The notes below the pieces were generated by a model, which saw only the letters and a program-made list of their open reading frames with translations, did not search any database and had not been told where the DNA came from. From a virus (taxonomy: Duplodnaviria; Caudoviricetes): a DNA stretch of 64,000 nt. The DNA is taken from positions 64,001-128,000 of IMG/VR virus record IMGVR_UViG_3300036784_000146; one strand, 5' to 3'. The translations under genes were made by a program, and so were the position numbers. Positions 1 through 7,636 of the stretch are shown piece after piece. Numbering within the stretch: position 1 is the first letter of the stretch; each line of letters opens with the position of its first letter.

Positions 1-542
1 GGATGCTCGGGGACCTCTTCGATTCCACCACCGGCGGCCCGCACCTGATGGACGAGTTCCAGACGCACTTCAATTCGGAGCGCATCGCCGAGCTGGCCCA
101 GATCGCCACCACCCGGTTCAACTACATCGGCTTCCCGGTGACCGACTACGCCTTCGGGGGTACCAGCTCGGGCCAGGGTGGCTTCACCGGCCTGTTGGTG
201 ATCGGCACTTACCTGGAAGTGCTGCGCCACCTTATCCGCAGCTACGTCGAGATCCCGGTGTGGCAGAACATGAACGTCACCTACGAGGACCGCCGCGAGT
301 ACATGGCCCGCTGGAAGCAGGTCTTCGACGACGAGTGGGCCGACTACCAGACGATGGTCAAGATGGCCAAGCGCTCGCTGCTGCAGCTGGGTCGGGGCTC
401 GCTGCTGCTCGGCGGTGGCTACTTCGGCATGAACGGCAGCCGGGGCCTGTTCCTGTTCAGCCCCTACTCGGCTCTCGCTCGGAGCTTCCGCTTCTATCCC
501 GCCGCCCCGGCGATCAGCTTCCCGTCGACGAGGATCCCGTGA
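1..542 (+). CDS. Head-to-tail adaptor-like virion protein (5'-truncated by window edge)
   Basis: Open frame from the window edge with GC3-rich codons; position upstream of the neck/sheath genes; TGATG overlap with the next gene. Confidence 0.55.
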   Translation, partial: MLGDLFDSTTGGPHLMDEFQTHFNSERIAELAQIATTRFNYIGFPVTDYAFGGTSSGQGGFTGLLVIGTYLEVLRHLIRSYVEIPVWQNMNVTYEDRREYMARWKQVFDDEWADYQTMVKMAKRSLLQLGRGSLLLGGGYFGMNGSRGLFLFSPYSALARSFRFYPAAPAISFPSTRIP

Positions 543-1261
543 TGCGCATCCACAGGCAGGCCGAGACTTTTGCCTACCGGCTGGCGACACCCGCCATGCC
601 GGGAGCTTCGCTAAACGTCACCGACAGCGCTCCCCAGAGAAACAGACCCGTCAAGCTGGTGTACGGCGGCGCATTCAACCCGCCGCACGAGGGGCACGTA
701 GGCGCGCTGCGAGACGCGCACAATGCGCTCGCCGGTGCTGGGTACCAAGTAGACGGCACCGTCGTTACGCCTACCGCAGACAAGCTGTTGGCGAAGAAGC
801 AGATGGATCCGCAGTATCAACTGGGCCTGCAGGCTCGCGCCAACGTGAGCCGGGCCGCATTCCCACCCGAGATAAACGGTTCTCCCGTGGAGGTTCACAC
901 CGGGCCGTCCGAGGAGGTCGAGCACTCCGCAGGGAAGCCACGGCGCACCGATCTCGCGAACTGGGTGCAGCGGCAATACCCGAATCACACCATCGTCAAC
1001 GTCACCGGAGAAGACGCCACCGTGCCCGGTGCCCCTGAGGGCGGTCCGCATCCGTCGCTGTACTCCGGCGAGGTCGGCTCCAATCATGCGGGCTACAACT
1101 ATCTCACGCTGCCGCGCGATCCCGTAGAGAGCATGAGTTCAAGCAAGATTCGCGCTGCCGAAGCTGCAGGCCAGCCGCTCCCTGGAATGACGCCAGGGTC
1201 GGAGCGTGCCTATCGCGAAGAGCTGGCAAAGCATCGAGCGAACTTCGCCGGGATTCCGTAA
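542..1261 (+). CDS. HxGH-superfamily nucleotidyltransferase (NadD/NMNAT-like)
   Basis: Start at ATG 542 (overlaps upstream stop) rather than 260; GGAFNPPHEGH, VTGED and MSSSKIR match NadD/CoaD-type motifs. Confidence 0.75.
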   Translation: MRIHRQAETFAYRLATPAMPGASLNVTDSAPQRNRPVKLVYGGAFNPPHEGHVGALRDAHNALAGAGYQVDGTVVTPTADKLLAKKQMDPQYQLGLQARANVSRAAFPPEINGSPVEVHTGPSEEVEHSAGKPRRTDLANWVQRQYPNHTIVNVTGEDATVPGAPEGGPHPSLYSGEVGSNHAGYNYLTLPRDPVESMSSSKIRAAEAAGQPLPGMTPGSERAYREELAKHRANFAGIP

Positions 1262-2226
1262 TGCAGGTCCTTCGGCAGCGCGAGCAGTTCGCCTACCGGC
1301 TGGCGGCGTCGACCAAGCTCTATCGAGGGCTCAATATCGACACGCGCCAGCCTGGGCTTGAGAAGGTGCATTCCATTCTGAATCCACCAGGCACACAGCC
1401 CCTAGAACACCACCCGGGTTGGGATCACCCCGAGGTGGGCACGCACTTACTGAACTGGCTGTCCGACAACAGGAGCGGTCTGGGCAGGCATTGGAGTGAA
1501 GACCCCGCTCAAGCCGAGACGTTCGCCAGGTGGCCCGACGAGACCACCGGACGAGGTGGCAATCTGCAGGCCGTCGTCGAGGGCGACTGGGGTGGGCAGG
1601 GAGCCGATCCCAACCGCACCAACACTCGCGAGTTCAACGACGCCGGAGAGCAGATCCGATCCTTCCCCTGGGAGAAGGAGCACACGCTGTCGCCGGGTGC
1701 CCACCTCAACGTCACCGGCCTGAAGATCCGGCCCTACGACGACGAGTACTGGAATGGCCCTAGCACGGGTGATGAGCCCATCGACGAGAACCACGAGGGG
1801 CCTTGGCATTCGGTGCTCGGTGCCTCGTCGTCGCGAACGGCCGCTGCTGCCGAGCCGTTCATGGTGCCGACCGAGCATTTGGCCCCTCATATCGTCTTCG
1901 ACCGGTCCACCATGATGGAGCAGAGCAAGCCCAACTTCCAGGAGCTGCTGGCGCACATCAAGAAGCACGGGATCCAAGATCCCGTCACCATGGAGACCGA
2001 CGGGCAAACGGGCACCTTGGCCGACGGCAACCACCGGTGGGCGGCCGCCAAGATCCTTGGCCTCCCTCACGTCCCCACTCGGTTCGTTCGAGAGAACACC
2101 AAGTTCTTGCAGCACATCGGTGCTCCGGAACTGCATCCGATGATCCGTCAGCACCTGGCGGCGCACCCGGAGGCCATTCAGGAGGACGTCGAGCGCCAGC
2201 CATCCTGGCAGCAGGGGGAACGATGA
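1261..2226 (+). CDS. ADP-ribosyltransferase-like domain fused to ParB/sulfiredoxin-like domain
   Basis: LYRG...HWSEDP..AETFA...WEKEHTL fits the R-S-ExE ART pattern; C-terminal GIQDPV..DGNHRWAAAKILGLPHVP is a ParB-N signature. Confidence 0.65.
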   Translation: MQVLRQREQFAYRLAASTKLYRGLNIDTRQPGLEKVHSILNPPGTQPLEHHPGWDHPEVGTHLLNWLSDNRSGLGRHWSEDPAQAETFARWPDETTGRGGNLQAVVEGDWGGQGADPNRTNTREFNDAGEQIRSFPWEKEHTLSPGAHLNVTGLKIRPYDDEYWNGPSTGDEPIDENHEGPWHSVLGASSSRTAAAAEPFMVPTEHLAPHIVFDRSTMMEQSKPNFQELLAHIKKHGIQDPVTMETDGQTGTLADGNHRWAAAKILGLPHVPTRFVRENTKFLQHIGAPELHPMIRQHLAAHPEAIQEDVERQPSWQQGER

Positions 2227-2831
2227 CGATCCGAGTCCCCATGCAGTACTCGGTCTACCGGGCCCGTCGGTGGGTCAGGGGATCTCTGCAGGCTCACGGC
2301 GAGCAGTGCATCCTGCTGCCCATCTACCATCCCAGCCGGGATAAGGACGGCACGCGCTGTCCGCGCTGCACCGATGACATCTACACCGGCGGCAAGGCCA
2401 GTTGCTCGATCTGCTACGGCACGGCCTTCGTCGGCGGTCCCCGCACGGCCGCCCGCGTCTGGGCGCTCTTCAGCGATACCAAGCGCCCCGAGCAGTACGG
2501 CCAGCGCGGTGTCTGGGCGGCCGACGCGCGCGAGATCCAGACCGAGGCCTTCCCCGAGCTGCGCGAGCACGATTACGTGGCGCGGATAAAGAGCTGGGAC
2601 GTCACCGGCGCCATCCCGCAGGAGGTGTACGCCATTTACGGCGTCGGCGAGGTCAACCAGGACTCGCTGCGCACCGGCGGCCGGTTCGGCCAGTACCACC
2701 TCGACGTTGTCGGCCAGCGCGCACCGGTCACTAAGCTGGCGCCCAACATCAAGATCTACGACTACCCGCTCGTCGGCCAGACTTTCCCGGGCGTGAGCTG
2801 GGACAACCAGGGGAGGGTGATCGAGGGATGA
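2223..2831 (+). CDS. Head-closure/neck protein with Zn-finger
   Basis: ATGA overlap at 2223; CPRC..CSICYGTAFVGG motif; position between adaptor and sheath. Confidence 0.55.
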   Translation: MTIRVPMQYSVYRARRWVRGSLQAHGEQCILLPIYHPSRDKDGTRCPRCTDDIYTGGKASCSICYGTAFVGGPRTAARVWALFSDTKRPEQYGQRGVWAADAREIQTEAFPELREHDYVARIKSWDVTGAIPQEVYAIYGVGEVNQDSLRTGGRFGQYHLDVVGQRAPVTKLAPNIKIYDYPLVGQTFPGVSWDNQGRVIEG

Positions 2832-3316
2832 GGATTCCGCACCCCAAGAACGGCTGCGTGCGCACCTCCGAGCTGGCCGCCAAGAAGGCCCGTATGTCGG
2901 CGCGCTCGTTCGGCTGGTCGGACAAGACCATCGAGTCGATCGTCCCGGCAGAGCAGGCGCCCGGGAGGGTCGCAATCACCAGCCACCTCAAGTACATCCG
3001 CGTCTATCAAGAGCAAGGCACCCGACCTTTCTTGATGTGGTGGGTGCAGAACCGCACGGTCCCGATCGGCTGCAAGCAGGGCGACGGCCCGCACTTCCGG
3101 CATGGCTCTCACGTCGGCGAGCCCGGCTACGTCAACATCCCGCACGTCGGCCGGGTCTACCGCGAGCAGCGCTGGCGCCACCCCGGTATCAAGCCCAAGC
3201 ACTTCATGCAGCAGGCCATCACCGACGCCATCCTCGAAGACAGGCCCAACCTCAAGATGGACATCATGACCCTGCTGAAGAGCCTGGCCGGTGTAGTGAG
3301 GAGGGGGAGAACATGA
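2828..3316 (+). CDS. Neck/tail-completion protein (HK97 gp10-like)
   Basis: EQGTRPF...HPGIKPKHFM motif; ATGA overlaps on both sides. Confidence 0.55.
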   Translation: MRIPHPKNGCVRTSELAAKKARMSARSFGWSDKTIESIVPAEQAPGRVAITSHLKYIRVYQEQGTRPFLMWWVQNRTVPIGCKQGDGPHFRHGSHVGEPGYVNIPHVGRVYREQRWRHPGIKPKHFMQQAITDAILEDRPNLKMDIMTLLKSLAGVVRRGRT

Positions 3317-4125
3317 CCAACCCGGATGACGGGCCCTATGGTCCCGACGCCTTCATGTCGGACGATCCGCAGAACCTGCTTGAATACGTCAACGAGAAGC
3401 TGCCGGAGGCATCCGAGGGCGGTCCCATCGAGGCCACCAAGCGCGCGATCGTCGCCGCGCTGCGCGACGGTTTCAAGAGCGTCGACATCCGCGTCCAGGG
3501 CAAGCCACCCTATATCGATCTGGAATATCCGCTGGAAGAGACGCAGTATCCGGGTATCTGGGTCCAGTTCACGCTCAGCCAGTTCGTCCCGAGCGGGCTG
3601 GGCAACGAGTATATGGTCCAGACCATCGTCAACGGCAACCCGGTGTGGACGCCTGTCGCGTCCTTCCACTTCGAGGGCGAGCTGTCGCTGTCGCTGGTGG
3701 CGCTGACCAACCTGGACCGTGACCAGATGGCCGACGCCATCTCCACGTCGCTGGTTGCCTCGCGCACGCCGGAGGTGTGGGTCACCCAGGCTGGACAGGA
3801 CACCCAGAAGAACCGTTCGTTCATGGCCGCGCTGATGAGCAACCCGTCTGTGAGTCTGACGCCCAACTTCGGCAGCCTGAAGTCCGGAGGCCAGGGCGCA
3901 GAGATGGGAACCCCCTGGCAGCCCGACATCATGGTCTACACCGACAGCTATTCGTTCGGGCTGATGGGGGAGACTCAGATCAAGTACATGCACGACGGTG
4001 CATACACCCTGTCCCGAGTCGACTACGTGCCCACAGCCGTGGATTCGATCGCCGATGCCTACCCACCTGCACCGGACCCGCTGGGCCGAGGAGAGGTCGG
4101 CTTCCAGACCTCGCGAACGCTGTAA
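3313..4125 (+). CDS. Tail terminator/completion protein
   Basis: RBS GAGGGGGAG plus ATG 3313; IDLEYP..YPGIWVQF; directly upstream of the sheath. Confidence 0.55.
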   Translation: MTNPDDGPYGPDAFMSDDPQNLLEYVNEKLPEASEGGPIEATKRAIVAALRDGFKSVDIRVQGKPPYIDLEYPLEETQYPGIWVQFTLSQFVPSGLGNEYMVQTIVNGNPVWTPVASFHFEGELSLSLVALTNLDRDQMADAISTSLVASRTPEVWVTQAGQDTQKNRSFMAALMSNPSVSLTPNFGSLKSGGQGAEMGTPWQPDIMVYTDSYSFGLMGETQIKYMHDGAYTLSRVDYVPTAVDSIADAYPPAPDPLGRGEVGFQTSRTL

Positions 4126-4145
4126 ACGAACCGCCCGCGCGCAAG

Positions 4146-4158
4146 AAAGGGAGAGAGG
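4146..4158 (+). promoter_or_regulatory. AAAGGGAGAGAGG motif upstream of sheath (candidate late element)
   Basis: Identical 13-mer in the intergenic gap at 24434-24446. Confidence 0.35.
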
Positions 4159-4182
4159 GACGCGTTTTAGCAGGGAGGTTCC

Positions 4183-5748
4183 ATGACCAACCCGTCGTCG
4201 GCCATCGACTTCAGTCGGTACCTGCCGCCCGGTGTGTACGTCAATCCACAGCCTGGGCCGCAGCTGGCTGTCAACTCAAGCCTGCCGACGGCAGTTGGCC
4301 TGTTCGGGGTGGCGATCGGCTTTCGGACTTTCATCGAGTCGGTCATCATCAACCCCGACACCAACGGCACGACACCGGCGGTCAACCGCACGCTAGCCAA
4401 CCAGGGCATCAACACCGCCACCATCCAGGTGACCGACCCCAACACGGGCCAGATCTATGTGTTGGGCACTGATTACACCATCGTTAACGTGGGCGGCACT
4501 GTGGGCACCAGCAATGCGCTGACCACGATCAGCCGGGTGATCGCCGGTGGCCACATCAACGCGGGGTCAACGGTCCAGGTCGCCTATGAGTTCACCGACC
4601 CGACCTACTACGACGCCAAACTCTTCTACACCTACCGCGACATCGTCACCGCCTTCGGCGCCCCGTACAACCTGACCACCGGCGCCATCCAGTCCGAGTT
4701 GACTCTGGCCGCGCAGTTCGCTTTCCTCAACGGCGCCTACCAGATCGTGTGCGCGCCGGTGCACCCAACCACCCCGGGGAATCCCACCACTGGCGACTAC
4801 AACGACGCCTTGGCCAAGCTGGCGGACAACGGCCTGGTCGGCATTATCGTGCCTTGCACCGGCCAGCAGCCGCTGCAGCAGCTGGTCCAGGAGCACGTGG
4901 ACCAACAGTCGGCCAACCGCTTTGAGCGCCGGGCGATCATGGGCATGGACGGCACCGGCACGGCCGTTCCCTCTGGTCAGCGCATGACCAACGCGATGGA
5001 GTTGACCGACCAGCGGATCATGTTGCTCTCGCCAGCAACGTTCACCTACTTCTCGACCGAGCTGAACAACGATGTCACAGTTGGCGCCCAATTCATGGCG
5101 GCCTCACTGGCCGGGATGGCGATGCAGTTGAGCTGGGCGATGCCGCTCACGCGCAAGCTGCCTACCGGCTGGACGGACATCCCCGAGGTCGAGCCCGAAG
5201 CCCAGAAGAATCTGGAAACTGAGAACGGCCTATGCGTCATCGAGAAGACGCGCCGTCAACAGATCCAGGTCCGGCACGGGGTGACCACCGACAACATCGA
5301 CATGTTGCATCGGGAATGGTCGATCATAGGCCAACAGGATGCAATGGTTTATCGTTTGCGGGACTACCTCGAAAACGCAAACTTAATCGGTCAGCCTATT
5401 TACGACTACACGCTCGTGAATGTGAAGGCATCTGCTGAAGCTGCACTTCAGAGCCTTAGACGCGACGGACTAATGGTCGACTATTACGGCCTTGCGGCCC
5501 GACAATTGTTGACCAACCCGGACGTTATCGAGATTAGCTACAGCTGGCTGCCCGCGTTCCCATTGAATTACATTGTGGTCACGTTCAACATCAGCCTGAC
5601 CTCCGGCGACGTCACCCAGCAGGGCACGACCAGCAACATCGCCAACTCGACGAACACTTCGACGACTGGAAGTGCGACCATCACGGCCCCGGCCAGTTCG
5701 TCGACGACCGACTTCGGCGGTCCGTCCAACACGCTGCAGCACACCTAA
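4183..5748 (+). CDS. Contractile tail sheath protein
   Basis: N-terminal YLPPGVY; C-terminal sheath motifs (VRHGVTT..REWSII..FPLNYIVVTF); RBS AGGGAGG. Confidence 0.9.
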   Translation: MTNPSSAIDFSRYLPPGVYVNPQPGPQLAVNSSLPTAVGLFGVAIGFRTFIESVIINPDTNGTTPAVNRTLANQGINTATIQVTDPNTGQIYVLGTDYTIVNVGGTVGTSNALTTISRVIAGGHINAGSTVQVAYEFTDPTYYDAKLFYTYRDIVTAFGAPYNLTTGAIQSELTLAAQFAFLNGAYQIVCAPVHPTTPGNPTTGDYNDALAKLADNGLVGIIVPCTGQQPLQQLVQEHVDQQSANRFERRAIMGMDGTGTAVPSGQRMTNAMELTDQRIMLLSPATFTYFSTELNNDVTVGAQFMAASLAGMAMQLSWAMPLTRKLPTGWTDIPEVEPEAQKNLETENGLCVIEKTRRQQIQVRHGVTTDNIDMLHREWSIIGQQDAMVYRLRDYLENANLIGQPIYDYTLVNVKASAEAALQSLRRDGLMVDYYGLAARQLLTNPDVIEISYSWLPAFPLNYIVVTFNISLTSGDVTQQGTTSNIANSTNTSTTGSATITAPASSSTTDFGGPSNTLQHT

Positions 5749-5760
5749 TAAGGAGGAGAT

Positions 5761-6231
5761 GTGGCTCCATCGTTAACCCGTGTAGGTGGCTCTGGGTTTA
5801 CCACCATGATGTACCAGGGCCTTCGCATGGCGATGCTGCAGGTCATCAACGACACGCAGCCCACTCCGGTGGCGGCCGCCCAAGCCATCCAGCCCATCGA
5901 CGAGTCGGTGCCTATCGAGATCGTGACCGCCCAGGCCGTCGGCGTCGGCACGATGCGAGGAACTTTCTACGAGCTGTGGAACCAGCCGGTCTGGCAGGCG
6001 CTCCCCGGCTTGGCGGGCACCTGGACACTGCTCGACATCCTGCAACGGCAGACCAGCTTGGGCTCGGTCACGATGCAGAAGGTCATCAAGAGCCCGACCG
6101 GCATCATGCGCTCGCTGGTCTACCACGCCACCCAGATCACCGACGTGGATGCGGGCGAGAACATCACGATCGGGACGATGTCCCTGCCGAAGACCATTAC
6201 CTGGCAGTACTGCTACAGCTCGAACGTCTAA
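5761..6231 (+). CDS. Tail tube protein
   Basis: 156 aa directly after the sheath; RBS AAGGAGGAG; beta-rich tube-like sequence. Confidence 0.8.
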   Translation: MAPSLTRVGGSGFTTMMYQGLRMAMLQVINDTQPTPVAAAQAIQPIDESVPIEIVTAQAVGVGTMRGTFYELWNQPVWQALPGLAGTWTLLDILQRQTSLGSVTMQKVIKSPTGIMRSLVYHATQITDVDAGENITIGTMSLPKTITWQYCYSSNV

Positions 6232-6240
6232 GGAGGCACC

Positions 6241-6504
6241 ATGGGACTGGGCATCGTCCGGCAAGCAGATCAATACGGGTTGGATGACGGCGTGCACGCG
6301 CCGGGAGAGTACGAAGCTCCTCCCGAGATCGATCCAGCCGAATCTCGGCGTCCACAGCACCAGCAGCAGCCGTCGTCGCCTTCCCCGTCTCCTGCTCCGT
6401 CGGTGATGGCGCAGCGCATGGGTCCACGCATCCAGGCGGGCACGATGGAGCGTGTTTCACGTGAAACATCGGCACCGATCCTGCCACCTGGTCTGGGGGG
6501 CTGA
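6241..6504 (+). CDS. Small P/Q/S-rich hypothetical protein containing parS (VSRET)
   Basis: RBS AAGGAGG; TGATG overlap with the next gene. Confidence 0.6.
   Translation: MGLGIVRQADQYGLDDGVHAPGEYEAPPEIDPAESRRPQHQQQPSSPSPSPAPSVMAQRMGPRIQAGTMERVSRETSAPILPPGLGG
6453..6468. promoter_or_regulatory. parS centromere-like site, TGTTTCACGTGAAACA
   Basis: Perfect 16-bp palindrome matching the bacterial chromosomal parS consensus. Confidence 0.85.
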
Positions 6505-7241
6505 TGTCTGGTCGTCGTCTACATCCCGACCCAGCTATGGCTCAGCCAATCACCGAGCTGATCGACCCCGCGCTGGCTCAGCCCGTGGCGCCCAGTGGTT
6601 CCCAGATGGGTCCTCCTCCGGGCCAGAACCCTGGCACAGGGCCCCAGATCGGCACGCCGCCCATGGTGCACCCCGCCATGATCCAGGCCCAGCAGGACGC
6701 AGCTGCGGCCGCTCAAGGCATCCCTGGTTTCCAACCGGCCAGCGAACCGTTCATGAAGTTCCACGACGACGACCAGCCCGGGTACGAGGCGGGTGCGGAG
6801 GCGGCACCCCAGCAGGTCGCTGAGCCCGAGCAGATCACCGAGCTGACCCCAGCCGAGCGCCAGGAGTTCTCCGACATCCTCACCATCGGGCGCCGGTCCA
6901 AGCAGATCGATGTCTACGGGCATCCGGTGTTCGTCGAGAACCTCTCCGTCGGAGACGACAAGCTCATCGGCAAGTACTGCAGGGAGTTCCAGGGATCGCC
7001 TCCGGCGGATTCGCGGTCCTACCAGATCGCCGTAGTGGCCTGTGGTGTTCGCACCATCGACGGCCAGGCGCTCTACCAGAGCCTGTCTCCGGACGAGGAC
7101 CCTGACGCCGCCTTCCAGGCGAAGGTGGCCAAGATCGAGAAGCTCTACCCGCCAGTGGTCAGCAAGATCTACCGCGCGATCCAGGACCTCGACCTAGAGT
7201 TCGCCGAGCTGGAAGCCAAACTGGTAAAAGCAAGAGGCTAG
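6504..7241 (+). CDS. Tail assembly chaperone (gpG-like)
   Basis: Lies between tube and tape measure; slippery sequence near the 3' end. Confidence 0.75.
   Translation: MSGRRLHPDPAMAQPITELIDPALAQPVAPSGSQMGPPPGQNPGTGPQIGTPPMVHPAMIQAQQDAAAAAQGIPGFQPASEPFMKFHDDDQPGYEAGAEAAPQQVAEPEQITELTPAERQEFSDILTIGRRSKQIDVYGHPVFVENLSVGDDKLIGKYCREFQGSPPADSRSYQIAVVACGVRTIDGQALYQSLSPDEDPDAAFQAKVAKIEKLYPPVVSKIYRAIQDLDLEFAELEAKLVKARG
7223..7230 (+). other. Candidate programmed -1 frameshift site GGTAAAAG
   Basis: G GTA AAA G three codons before the stop; the -1 frame is open into 7256..7636. Confidence 0.6.
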
Positions 7242-7636
7242 ACGCGGGAGCTGAGTTGGAAGTGCGTCTAGCCTATGAAAAGGGTTTGCTGACTCGGAGA
7301 AACGTCACCAGGATACAGCATTGGGCTTTGCTGTACTGGTTATACATGGAGCGCCGGATTAAGCAGGCGGACCAGCGTGCCTACCTCATCCAGCAAACTC
7401 TCAACCTGAATCCTGACCAGTGGGAAGCGCTGGGCTACCGCGACGAGATGCTGAAGATGCTCGGCATCACCGAGGAGGAGCAGCAGTCCGAGGAGGGCGT
7501 GCCCTTCACTCCCGAGGACGAGGACGCCATCGAGCAGTTCATGCGCCAGCAGGACCAGATTGCGGCCAAGCGCTGGATCTCGGCCGGGATGCTGCCACCG
7601 GACTTCGTCCCTGACACCCAGGGGACGCCCGTCTAA
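7229..7636 (+). CDS. Tail assembly chaperone extension (gpT-like, -1 frame)
   Basis: Only a TTG start at 7256; frame open back to the slip site; TAATG overlap with tape measure. Confidence 0.65.
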   Translation, partial: SKRLDAGAELEVRLAYEKGLLTRRNVTRIQHWALLYWLYMERRIKQADQRAYLIQQTLNLNPDQWEALGYRDEMLKMLGITEEEQQSEEGVPFTPEDEDAIEQFMRQQDQIAAKRWISAGMLPPDFVPDTQGTPV

